Positions 47,632 through 56,290 of a stretch of 64,000 nucleotides of DNA are shown in pieces. The first letter of the stretch is position 1; each line of letters opens with the position of its first letter. The stretch spans positions 1 through 64,000 of IMG/VR virus record IMGVR_UViG_3300044259_000036; one strand, given 5' to 3'. The stretch is from a virus (Duplodnaviria > Caudoviricetes). The translations under genes and the position numbers were made by a program. The notes under the pieces are model-generated. The model was not told where the DNA came from. It was given only the letters and a program-made list of their open reading frames with translations, and made no database searches.

Positions 47632-50600
47632 TCAGTCAACAACATCGAGTTCAACCTCCTCGTCTTCGTCCAGCTCAACCAGGGTGTATTTCGTGATTGG
47701 ATCGAACGGCTCAAGCATGTCCTCGTTCCAGATGTAGCCCGACTCCCACAGGGCCAGATCCACGTATTCCTGGACGTTCTTCGGGCTGATATCGCGGCCC
47801 AGTTCGTGTACCCGGCCCCAGTCGGCGCCGATGGAGAACTCCGGCACCTGGCGGACCACATGGTCAGGCGGCGTCGACTCTTCCATGTACTTGCCCATCT
47901 CTTGGCAGTAGGCGAGCACGTCGTCCTTGTGCACCCAGGACACGATTTCGTCGTATACCGGGGCGAAGAACTCCATGCGCAACCGGTCCAACATGTCCGA
48001 CTCGGCCACCCGGGTGAGCACGATCCGCAGCATGTCGGCGCCGGTGCCCTGGATCTGGGCGTTGGTGCCTTGACGATGCTGCCGAGCGACCTTGCCGTTG
48101 TCCTTGTGGAAGATGTCGGCCGTGGCGTGACGCTTCGAGCCGTAGGCAGTCAGCGTGTAGCCATGGGTCTCCATGAACTTCGCCGACTCCTCCTGCCACG
48201 GCCGGATTCGCCAGTAGAGCTTCATGGTCTGCTCGAGGAGCTGCTTCGCTTCCTCCAGCGGGGCGATCAGGTTGCGGGACAGCGTGCCCGCGCCGGCGCC
48301 GTAGGCCATGCCGAAGTTGATCGTCTTGGCCTTGCCGCGGATCGCGATGCACAGCTTGTGCATCGGGTGATCCTCGCTGTCCTTGGCCAGACAGAACTCC
48401 AGGTAGTCCATCTTCGCGATACCGGACCCGGTCATGCTGTGCAGGTCTTTCTCGTTCTCCGGGTCGTAAACGCTCAGCATCACCGGGTCTTTTGCGAGGT
48501 TCGCCATGATGCGAATCTCTTGACCGTTGAAGTCGATCGCCACGCACAGGTAGTCGCGGTTCGGCGGCACGTAGATCGAACGCATCGCCTTGCCTGCACC
48601 TTTCTTCGGCACCTGCAGGATGTTCGGCGCCGAGCCGGTTGGACGGCCGGTGTCGGTACCGTAGTCGGTGATGTACGGGTGAACCCGGCCATCGCGGTGA
48701 CGCCAGAGCGGGTACTTGTCGTGGTACAGGCTGCAGCGGGTGGTAGCGGTCTTGACCTTACGCAGGACATCCAGGGCGTCACGCTGCCACTGGAGCTTCA
48801 CGTCGTTCGCGATCGCCGTCAGGATCGCCTGCTCGTCGGTGGACGGGCCAGCTTCCTGAATGCCCACAGCCAGGCGACCTTTGCCTGCCTGCTTGCCCCG
48901 CAGCTTGACCGGCACGCCGATCTTGCAATACAGCAGCTGTTGCATCTGCGCCGGGCTGCCCACGTTCAGTGGGTCGCCGAAGGTCACGATGCGAGGCTCG
49001 ACGCCGGCAGCGCGCTGCACGATGTCAGCCATGACTTCCATGTGGGACTCGGCTGCCAACAGGGCCTGTTCCGCGGCGTTGCCGCCGTCCTCGGTCTTCT
49101 TCCGCAGATCGCCCATCTTCAGGCAACCCAGGTTTATGGCCTTGGCCAGCAGCTTCACCATGGCTACCTGATCGGCGTTCAGCTCCCAGTTTTCCTCATA
49201 GCCTACGGCGCCGGCCGCTTCCAACCACTGGTTGAACGCCTTCTGCGACAGGCTCTCGAACTCGGGCAGGCCCAGGTTCTTCATCGCCGGGTTCAGCTGG
49301 GTCGGAGTGAAGGCGAAGGTCGGCATGATCTTCTCCTCCCGATACGGCGTGTATTGGCAGGATGCCTCCAGCTTCTTACGCCATTCGACCAGCTTCTGCG
49401 TCGCGACCTCGGTGTTGCCGTCGGCCTTCTTCTTGGCGGAGCGGAAGATGTAGTCCTTCTCCGCCTCGATCAAGGACAGGCAGCCCTCGGTGATGTTGCC
49501 GGTGACGTTCTCCAGCAGGATCTGGCGCAGCTCGACCATGCCTTCCTCAATGGTCTTGAGGTCGGCGGCGTGCAGGCGTTTCTGCTGCGCCCAGTTCATG
49601 TTGACGCCGCAGATGTAGGAGCGCTGCAGGACTTCGGTCGGCCGCACTGCCCAGCGGCTGTAAAAGTCCCACTGCCCGTCCAGCTTCAGCAGCAGCTCAA
49701 GCAGGTCGTGCAGGTGACCTGTGACCAGGGAGTCATCGGTACCGTAGGTGAACGTCTCGTCGGCGGTCAGCTCGCACATCATGTTGACGCCCAGGCCACC
49801 GTTGCCAGCTGCCAGGGTGTCTTCAAACGAGGCCTGCTCATAGCCGAGGTAGTTCAGCGACAGGAACTTCAGGCCGGCCGGCGTGTTCTCGTCGTAGAAG
49901 CGCTGCATCATCCGGGTGTCGTGGACGTTCTTTAGCCGCTTGCCCAGGTTGGTCTGCGTCACCACGCCTTCAAAGTGGGCGTTGTGGGCGATCAACTGGG
50001 TATGCTTCTCGGCGTGCTCCAGGATCTCCAGCACCACCAGCTTGTTGACGTTGGCCGAGTCCTTGTGGTCTACGGGAACGTAGATCACGTTCTCCATGTG
50101 CCGCCCGAACTGGAACGAGGCGCCGGCCAGCTCCTGGCTGAGGGCATCGACGAAGCTGTTACCACTGGCCGAGGCCATGCGGAACCCGGGGATTGGGTCC
50201 TTGTCGCTGGACTCGTAGTCGAACGCGGTCTTGTCGCCTGCCTCGATCTCCGCAAAGATCGCTGCCTTCATGTCGGCCCAGTTGTTTGCGTCGACCATCA
50301 GCGGCGCCGGCAGGACTGGCTCAAAGTGCGACCACAGGTCCAGCGCGCCGATATCGGCCAGCAGGTCGTACAGCCGCTGCGGGTTGGGCACGCGCTTGTC
50401 GATGGTCAACTTGGTCAGCTTACGCTGCCGCGGCTTCCAGCACAGCTCGGGCTTGAGGTTGGCCAGCTTCCAGCCAGTGCGCCACTCACCGAAGGACTCG
50501 CGCAGCTTGATCAGGATCTTGTTGCCCGTCTCCTCGATCGCCGCGTCCAGCTCGGTAGTGTTGCCGCTGGCCACGATAGCTTGCAGCTCCAAGAGGCCAT

Positions 50601-51270
50601 CGTCGCCGAAAGCCTCGCGAAGATCGCGTATCTTCTTCGGACCGAGGCCTTTCACGCCGCCGTAGTTGTCCGAAGGGTCGCCGACGATCGACTTGGCGAA
50701 GCTGGTCAGGTAGTACGGCAAGCCCGCCAGGTCGTGAGTGTCGTCGTAGGTGCCGTCGGCGCCGAAGTGCGGGGCGCCCTTCAGGTAGACGATGGTGTCG
50801 TCATCGACCAGCTGCAGCATGTCCTGGTCGACGGTGTGGATGTTCATCGGCCCTTTCACCATCTGGCGAATCCAGGCCATCAGGTCATCCGCTTCCACGC
50901 CTTTGACCGCCAGCTGCGTGACGCCCAGGTTGCGTAGGAACTTCTTCGCCCAGTCCATCATGAAGCCGTACTGCTCGATCTCGACCGGCGACTTGTTCTC
51001 GTCCTTCTTCGACTTCTGGCCCTTGTAATCAGGGTAGATGCCGGTGCGGTAGTCACGACCGAAGTCGTGGGCAACGATCATTTCCCGCGGCGAACCACCG
51101 CCGTCGAGGACCGGGATGACGTAGCGGGTCAGGAAGTCCGCTGCACCAGTCTGCCAGGTGGCGAACCGGCGGTCCGTCTTCTCGCAGTGGATGCCCTCGT
51201 CCTTCGAGGCGCCGTAGTAGGCGTGCTTGGCGCACGCCCGAAAGTCCATCACGTTGTAGGGAAGTTTCAC
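47632..51270 (-). CDS. polA: family A DNA polymerase with 5'-3' and 3'-5' exonuclease domains
   Basis: EADD and GDPSDNYGGVKGLG; DYES/HNAHFE; TGRPT, DFNGQEIR, RGKAKTINFGMAYG, VYDEI. Confidence 0.95.
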   Translation of the reverse strand: MKLPYNVMDFRACAKHAYYGASKDEGIHCEKTDRRFATWQTGAADFLTRYVIPVLDGGGSPREMIVAHDFGRDYRTGIYPDYKGQKSKKDENKSPVEIEQYGFMMDWAKKFLRNLGVTQLAVKGVEADDLMAWIRQMVKGPMNIHTVDQDMLQLVDDDTIVYLKGAPHFGADGTYDDTHDLAGLPYYLTSFAKSIVGDPSDNYGGVKGLGPKKIRDLREAFGDDGLLELQAIVASGNTTELDAAIEETGNKILIKLRESFGEWRTGWKLANLKPELCWKPRQRKLTKLTIDKRVPNPQRLYDLLADIGALDLWSHFEPVLPAPLMVDANNWADMKAAIFAEIEAGDKTAFDYESSDKDPIPGFRMASASGNSFVDALSQELAGASFQFGRHMENVIYVPVDHKDSANVNKLVVLEILEHAEKHTQLIAHNAHFEGVVTQTNLGKRLKNVHDTRMMQRFYDENTPAGLKFLSLNYLGYEQASFEDTLAAGNGGLGVNMMCELTADETFTYGTDDSLVTGHLHDLLELLLKLDGQWDFYSRWAVRPTEVLQRSYICGVNMNWAQQKRLHAADLKTIEEGMVELRQILLENVTGNITEGCLSLIEAEKDYIFRSAKKKADGNTEVATQKLVEWRKKLEASCQYTPYREEKIMPTFAFTPTQLNPAMKNLGLPEFESLSQKAFNQWLEAAGAVGYEENWELNADQVAMVKLLAKAINLGCLKMGDLRKKTEDGGNAAEQALLAAESHMEVMADIVQRAAGVEPRIVTFGDPLNVGSPAQMQQLLYCKIGVPVKLRGKQAGKGRLAVGIQEAGPSTDEQAILTAIANDVKLQWQRDALDVLRKVKTATTRCSLYHDKYPLWRHRDGRVHPYITDYGTDTGRPTGSAPNILQVPKKGAGKAMRSIYVPPNRDYLCVAIDFNGQEIRIMANLAKDPVMLSVYDPENEKDLHSMTGSGIAKMDYLEFCLAKDSEDHPMHKLCIAIRGKAKTINFGMAYGAGAGTLSRNLIAPLEEAKQLLEQTMKLYWRIRPWQEESAKFMETHGYTLTAYGSKRHATADIFHKDNGKVARQHRQGTNAQIQGTGADMLRIVLTRVAESDMLDRLRMEFFAPVYDEIVSWVHKDDVLAYCQEMGKYMEESTPPDHVVRQVPEFSIGADWGRVHELGRDISPKNVQEYVDLALWESGYIWNEDMLEPFDPITKYTLVELDEDEEVELDVVD

Positions 51271-51506
51271 GGCTTCTCCTTGCCCACTTGGGCCTGCTGG
51301 AGTCGCGCCGCTGCCAGGGCGCAGGCAGTCGAGCTGCCTGAACCACCGGTGCTGAAGGCACAGTCAGCGGCAATGGGGTCGGCCCCATCGCGGATGGCTT
51401 GGGCCGTCAGGTTGTTACTGTGAACGGTGCAGGAGACCGGGACGCCCACAACGATGGCTGCGAGTGCCAGGGCGCCCAGCCAGTGCACGATTACTTCAGC
51501 GTCCAT
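51267..51506 (-). CDS. small membrane protein
   Basis: N-terminal TM segment, 79 aa. Confidence 0.6.
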   Translation of the reverse strand: MDAEVIVHWLGALALAAIVVGVPVSCTVHSNNLTAQAIRDGADPIAADCAFSTGGSGSSTACALAAARLQQAQVGKEKP

Positions 51507-52240
51507 TACTCACCCCGCGTCAGGGCAGCCCAGCTCACCGGGAACAGCGGCTCGATGATCTTGCCGACCTGGTCGAACAGCTCACGCACTTCCTGCTGGG
51601 CGTGGGTGTCGGAACGAGCGTTGAAGGCCATGGCGTAGGCATACAGGCTGCCGGTCCAGACCCAGTGCACTTCCACGCCTTGGGCCAGCACGAAGCGCGC
51701 TTGTTCAGGGCACACGCCGTCCTTCAGCATCGAGAGGTAGATGCGGATGCCGTTCTGGACGTGCTGGGTGTAGGTGAACTTCCAGTATTCGCTCTGGTGG
51801 TGCTTGCCTGCGCTACCCTGCTTGACGTCCTCGGCCGCGGCGCGGAACTCCTCGGGAACGTAGAACACCGGCTCTGAGGTGATGTAGCGGCGGCTTTCCT
51901 CGGACTCGACGTAGCCGATCTTGTGCTTGAAACACTGGGTGCGGATCGGTACAGGTGCTTCCATGCGGATGGAGATGTGGGGGTGGCCGAACGGTACCCA
52001 GTGGGTCGGAATCTTGCGCAGATGCACAGCGAGATGGTGTGCCAGCTCGCGGGTCTCCAGCTCGACCATGCTGTCCAGAATGCCGTTCCAGTCGCTGGTC
52101 TTAACGCCGCGAGCCAGGTAACGAATCAGGCTCGCGTTCTGGTCTTCGGTGTAGTTGGCAGCGAGGTCAGCGAACGAGTGACGTGCGAAGTTGGCCACGT
52201 CGTCGTCGGTCAAATAGTGGCTTTGGTAAACGGCTTTCAT
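51506..52240 (-). CDS. thyX: FAD-dependent thymidylate synthase
   Basis: HWVPFGH, KHKIG...SEESRRY, PEQARFVL, HAQQEVRE. Confidence 0.9.
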   Translation of the reverse strand: MKAVYQSHYLTDDDVANFARHSFADLAANYTEDQNASLIRYLARGVKTSDWNGILDSMVELETRELAHHLAVHLRKIPTHWVPFGHPHISIRMEAPVPIRTQCFKHKIGYVESEESRRYITSEPVFYVPEEFRAAAEDVKQGSAGKHHQSEYWKFTYTQHVQNGIRIYLSMLKDGVCPEQARFVLAQGVEVHWVWTGSLYAYAMAFNARSDTHAQQEVRELFDQVGKIIEPLFPVSWAALTRGE

Positions 52241-52521
52241 GCGCGGATGATCTCCCCTTTCTCACCCCAAATAGGCTTCCCGCCTACGGCGACCATGGCT
52301 GCGTTCATTTCAGCGCGGCTGAGCAGCTTGCCGCGGATGTGCGGGCTGTGGCTGCCAATGTCCTCGGGCATGCACAGGATCAGCGTGCCTTTCGACAGCT
52401 GACCAGGTTGCCGGAGGGTGGCACCGTCGTCGTGGACGTGGGTACAGCCGAAGTGCGCCATCAGCTTGTGCTTGTGAGTGGTTTTGCCGGTGCCGGCAGG
52501 TGAAGCGAAAATGATTGGCAT
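52237..52521 (-). CDS. small P-loop protein
   Basis: SPAGTGKTT near the N-terminus of a 94-aa ORF. Confidence 0.6.
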   Translation of the reverse strand: MPIIFASPAGTGKTTHKHKLMAHFGCTHVHDDGATLRQPGQLSKGTLILCMPEDIGSHSPHIRGKLLSRAEMNAAMVAVGGKPIWGEKGEIIRA

Positions 52522-52538
52522 CGCCTAATCCTTGTTCT

Positions 52539-53195
52539 TTACATGTAGGTAACGTCGGCCAGCAGGACCTGGGGCGGCCCTCTGGTGCTCTTGGGTCTGT
52601 TCGAGCCGGGGTCCTCGCCGCCGACCGAGCCCACCTTGATGTCGTCGATGTAGATCGAGGTGCCGGAGACCCACATAGCCTCTTGGTAGAGGTCCCAAGG
52701 GGAGTGGGTGATGGGGCGTTTCTCAACCCACATGCGGGAGAACGACATGGCAGCGGCGTAGGACCGACCGTCTTGGGGGATGCTGAACGAGTTCGGGCCG
52801 GTCCCAGTCACCTGGAACACGTCCTTCAAGGTCAGGACCATGTAGGCGGCGTCGTAGGTCAGCTCGCCCGAGGCGTTGAACACCTGCATGCCAGAGTTAC
52901 TGGCTGCAGGAGGCCCCTTGTCGAAGATGTAGAGCTTCACGTCCGCTTGGCTGTTGGCCCGCAGCGTGAATCGCCAGAGGTTGGTGCCGATGTAGACCCT
53001 GCTGAGCACGACCACTCCGATGCCGTTGGTGTTGCCCAGGAACAGCATCGGGCTCACACCGTAGACGTCGTAGTAGGTTTTGTTGGGGTAGCCTGCAACA
53101 GTGATCACCGGGGCTGCCCGAAGGCCGACCGCCGAGTAGTTCTCGTCGAACTGGACCGTGCCCCAGTCGTTGATGCTTTGGAATCCTGTAGGCAT
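52539..53195 (-). CDS. tail-tip accessory / receptor-binding-associated protein
   Basis: MPTGFQSINDWGTVQFD and GMQVFNASGELTYD, typical of post-J genes. Confidence 0.65.
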   Translation of the reverse strand: MPTGFQSINDWGTVQFDENYSAVGLRAAPVITVAGYPNKTYYDVYGVSPMLFLGNTNGIGVVVLSRVYIGTNLWRFTLRANSQADVKLYIFDKGPPAASNSGMQVFNASGELTYDAAYMVLTLKDVFQVTGTGPNSFSIPQDGRSYAAAMSFSRMWVEKRPITHSPWDLYQEAMWVSGTSIYIDDIKVGSVGGEDPGSNRPKSTRGPPQVLLADVTYM

Positions 53196-53197
53196 GG

Positions 53198-53485
53198 TCA
53201 GCGGAACCCGTAGGTGATGATCACTGGTTTGTTGGAAGTCCACTGCACGTTGCCGAACTCCCAGAAGAGGGTGTTACCCTCGAACCAGATGTCCGGCAGC
53301 AGGTGGTTCAGCTGCGGTTCCTCCACCGGGGTGGCGTAAGCCCAAGGCGTGCCTTTGGCTGTATCCGTCCAGACGCTACCGCTGCTGGTACCTGAGTCCA
53401 CTGTCCCAACGAAGGTGCCGACCCTGGCACTGGTGTCTACGATCAGACGACCACTCGCATCCCATACTTGCAATCCGTTAGGCAT
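53198..53485 (-). CDS. small tail-tip accessory protein
   Basis: MPNGLQVWDASGRLIVD...IITYG pattern. Confidence 0.7.
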   Translation of the reverse strand: MPNGLQVWDASGRLIVDTSARVGTFVGTVDSGTSSGSVWTDTAKGTPWAYATPVEEPQLNHLLPDIWFEGNTLFWEFGNVQWTSNKPVIITYGFR

Positions 53486-53497
53486 AGGCTCCCTACC

Positions 53498-53722
53498 TTA
53501 TTGCTCTGTGCGCAGCTCCGACTTAGGCGTCCAGCCGCTGTCCTTCTTCACCATGCAGCCCACGCCGATGGCGTACTTCACGGTGCGGTCGGTCTGGTAG
53601 CCGTACAGCTGACAGCTGCCGAGGTTCCAGGCGGCCTTCACGACCATAACCATGAGCACCAACAGCAGCAGGATCAGCCAGGTCAGCGTCTTGACCGACA
53701 GACCTTTCTTCTCCGCGGCCAT
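53498..53722 (-). CDS. small membrane-anchored 2-Cys protein
   Basis: TM segment plus two Cys and a C-terminal Trp. Confidence 0.7.
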   Translation of the reverse strand: MAAEKKGLSVKTLTWLILLLLVLMVMVVKAAWNLGSCQLYGYQTDRTVKYAIGVGCMVKKDSGWTPKSELRTEQ

Positions 53723-54177
53723 CAGGCTTCCACCTGCAGGTAGTCTTCGATGCGCAGACCGAACTCGCGGCCGATTTCGCGCAGGACTTCCATCTCGGCC
53801 TTCTCGATCGGCATTTCAGCCTGGGCCATGGCGATCATGTTCACGAACACTTCTTCAGCGTCCTGCTTGTTGTTCTTGATGTCGGCGATTTCGCGCTTGA
53901 TGTGCACACGGCCCACGATGAAGTTGGCCTTCAGCTGCGCGCTGAAGCGGTTGATGGTCTGGCCGATCTCGCTGCCGAAGTGGGTCAGCGCCGGGTTGGA
54001 ACGGATCAGCTCGTCCAGCTTCAGGATCTCGTTGTCCGAGATGTTGCCGTCGGCTGCGGCCACCAGCAGAGCACCACCCACGATGGCTTCCATCAGGTCC
54101 TTGTTTTCGACCTTCTTCATTTCAGCCAGGGCGTTGCCAGCTTTGCGACCGAACATCTTGCCGAGAGATTTCAACAT
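53722..54177 (-). CDS. TerB-family protein
   Basis: DLMEAIVGGALLVAAADGNISDNE, EKAEMEVLREI. Confidence 0.85.
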   Translation of the reverse strand: MLKSLGKMFGRKAGNALAEMKKVENKDLMEAIVGGALLVAAADGNISDNEILKLDELIRSNPALTHFGSEIGQTINRFSAQLKANFIVGRVHIKREIADIKNNKQDAEEVFVNMIAMAQAEMPIEKAEMEVLREIGREFGLRIEDYLQVEA

Positions 54178-54215
54178 TGCGTAAGTCCTTGTGTGCGTAG
54201 TTACTTGCTTGAGTA

Positions 54216-54271
54216 GGTACGCAGTTACGTAAGTACGCAACTGCGCAATTGCGTAGGTACGTGCTTACGGA
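54216..54271. repeat. 8-bp-period array (7 units)
   Basis: GGTACGCA GTTACGTA AGTACGCA ACTGCGCA ATTGCGTA GGTACGTG CTTACGGA. Confidence 0.75.
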
Positions 54272-54456
54272 GTAACGATGATCCAACTATCGCCGGCTTT
54301 CGCCAAGCAGTAATTGGTTCGGCTGTCGAACTTGGTGGTCACGCTGTAGGCCTTGCCGTATGCCTCACAGCGGTCCATCCGCTCGTTGGTCTTTACGACA
54401 GCCATCACGATCACAGCTGTAACCACCAGTCCGGCCAGCCAGTAGCCGATGCTCAC
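54265..54456 (-). CDS. small membrane-anchored 2-Cys protein
   Basis: same architecture as 53498..53722. Confidence 0.65.
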   Translation of the reverse strand: MSIGYWLAGLVVTAVIVMAVVKTNERMDRCEAYGKAYSVTTKFDSRTNYCLAKAGDSWIIVTP

Positions 54457-55079
54457 TGGCCTGGCTCCTTATCAGCGCGCTCCTGGGCTGCAGCGTCGCT
54501 GTAGCCTTTCGGGTAGCGCTTGCCGAGCAGCTTCACCATGTTGGCAAAGCCGGCGGTCTGCATGCTCAGGCCAACCGGGCCGAGCAGCCCCTGGATGAAG
54601 AAGGAAGCGTCGCCGCCCTCCTCGAGGATGTTGTCGACGTCCAGCTGGCCACCGAAAACGTGGTCCAGCACAGCTGCCAGCATCTCGGCGCCTTCGCCTA
54701 CCAGGCCGATGGCCATGTGCAGAAGGTGGGCCTTTTCAGGGGTCAAGGCAGCCAGCGACTGGTCCAGGCCTTGACTGGTTGGGAGGACGTAGCGCTCAGC
54801 TGGCTGCACGTCTTCCTTGTTGTAGATCGCGATGCGCTTGGCCTGGTCCAGGCCGTGGCCGGCGTTCACCATAAGCACGGCGGCGCGGGTCAGCGTCACG
54901 AACTTGTCGAAGGTCATCTTCTCGACAATGGCCTCGCCCGGCTTGGACAGCTCGCTGACCATCTGGGCGTAGGTGGTGCCCTTGATCTTCTCCTGTGCTT
55001 CCGGCGACACGCCGGCCAACAGGCTGTTGCAAAGATCCAGGTCCAAATTCTCGGGGTACTGCGGCTTCACTTGCGTCAT
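54453..55079 (-). CDS. MazG-like nucleotide pyrophosphohydrolase
   Basis: LHMAIGLVGEGAEM...EEGGD...NMVKLLGKRYP. Confidence 0.78.
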   Translation of the reverse strand: MTQVKPQYPENLDLDLCNSLLAGVSPEAQEKIKGTTYAQMVSELSKPGEAIVEKMTFDKFVTLTRAAVLMVNAGHGLDQAKRIAIYNKEDVQPAERYVLPTSQGLDQSLAALTPEKAHLLHMAIGLVGEGAEMLAAVLDHVFGGQLDVDNILEEGGDASFFIQGLLGPVGLSMQTAGFANMVKLLGKRYPKGYSDAAAQERADKEPGQ

Positions 55080-55104
55080 GCAAATCTCGAATCAGTAGTG
55101 GAAG

Positions 55105-55131
55105 GAAAAGCCCGGCGATCGCCGGGCTTTA
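55105..55131. terminator. bidirectional Rho-independent terminator
   Basis: AAAAGCCCGGCGATCGCCGGGCTTT. Confidence 0.75.
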
Positions 55132-55146
55132 AGGGGAGCTGCCAGA

Positions 55147-56124
55147 TTAGGCGGCTGCGGCTTCACCGGCGGCTACGCGCAGGGCCTTGAACAGCCATGG
55201 GCGGAAGGCTTCATCGCCGGAACCGATCTTCTTGCCAACGCGGCATTCGATGATCAGGTTGTTCGCAGCGGCACGGAACAGCTGCTTACCGACTGCGAAT
55301 GCGCCTGCCAGACGGTCACGGGAGGCCGGTGGAATGGACAGGGTCACGATCATGCCATCGTACTCGTCGTCACGATTCACCAGCATGGCCATGCCTTCGA
55401 TGTAGCGCTTGATGTCGAGCGGCTTGCCGTCGACGCCGTAGCCGTCATCGCGCCATTCGGCCAGGGTTTCTTCAGCGCTCGAACCGTCGGCCTTGAACTT
55501 GCCTTCAGGATCGTAGCTGTAGTAGACCTCGGCACCGTTGCCGCTGTACTGACGGACGATGTACAGGTTGCGAGTGGACATGATCTGGACTTCGATTTTG
55601 TCGCCCAGGTTCACGTCTTCGCTGCCCAGCTGGAAGTTCGCTTCGTGCAGCTTCACACGCTCGAACGACATGCCGGTGAGGGTCAGGCCCTCGAAGCCTT
55701 CCTCAGCCATGTCCTGGCTGAAGTTGGCCATCGCACCAGTGGTCTTGTGAGCCACGGCCACCTGGGTGGTCTGCTCGGCTGCCACATGGACCTGCTTCTG
55801 CTCTGCTACCACTTCAGGCTTTTCGGGCTCAGCCACGGCTGCAGTGTCAGCGGCGGCTGCGTCCGAAGCAGCTTCAACGGTAGCGGCTACATCGCCCTTT
55901 GCTTCCCCTTGCTCTGCAACAGTCTGGCTCGCGCCAGTCTGCGACTCGGCATCCTTGCCAGCGCCTTCCTTGGCGATAGCGTCCGTGCTTGCATCGTCCT
56001 TGACGACTTCAGTCTGCTGCACCACCGCGGTGGTGGTGACCTCGTTAACAGACTGTTCGGAGCCTGCGGCTGCGTTAGCGGCGGAGGCTTCGTTATCAAC
56101 TACATCTGGTTTGCGCAGTGCCAT
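55147..56124 (-). CDS. highly expressed replication protein, SSB candidate, with acidic low-complexity N-terminus
   Basis: own promoter, RBS and terminator; function inferred. Confidence 0.5.
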   Translation of the reverse strand: MALRKPDVVDNEASAANAAAGSEQSVNEVTTTAVVQQTEVVKDDASTDAIAKEGAGKDAESQTGASQTVAEQGEAKGDVAATVEAASDAAAADTAAVAEPEKPEVVAEQKQVHVAAEQTTQVAVAHKTTGAMANFSQDMAEEGFEGLTLTGMSFERVKLHEANFQLGSEDVNLGDKIEVQIMSTRNLYIVRQYSGNGAEVYYSYDPEGKFKADGSSAEETLAEWRDDGYGVDGKPLDIKRYIEGMAMLVNRDDEYDGMIVTLSIPPASRDRLAGAFAVGKQLFRAAANNLIIECRVGKKIGSGDEAFRPWLFKALRVAAGEAAAA

Positions 56125-56168
56125 GGTCGTGTTCCTTTCGTCAATTTAAACATCATCGTTATCATCGG

Positions 56169-56192
56169 TTAATCCGCCATATGGCGAACTAA
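56169..56192. promoter_or_regulatory. palindromic operator, copy 7
   Basis: TTAATCCG-CCATATGG-CGAACTAA. Confidence 0.65.
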
Positions 56193-56208
56193 CTAGCGCA
56201 GCTGGTAT

Positions 56209-56238
56209 TTTATACAGCGCCGTCTGCACCGCTGTCAA
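56209..56238 (-). promoter_or_regulatory. sigma70 promoter
   Basis: TTGACA-N18-TATAAA. Confidence 0.6.
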
Positions 56239-56290
56239 GACAGCCGCCATCCTCGAATTGCTTCGTGAATGGAGGCGGTCTCAGGTGGGG

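Noticed and set aside
47632-51270. Intein or intron in the 1212-aa polymerase
   Set aside because: Length is largely explained by the fused 5'-3' exonuclease and an enlarged thumb region; no C...HN-C/S/T junctions or LAGLIDADG motifs seen.
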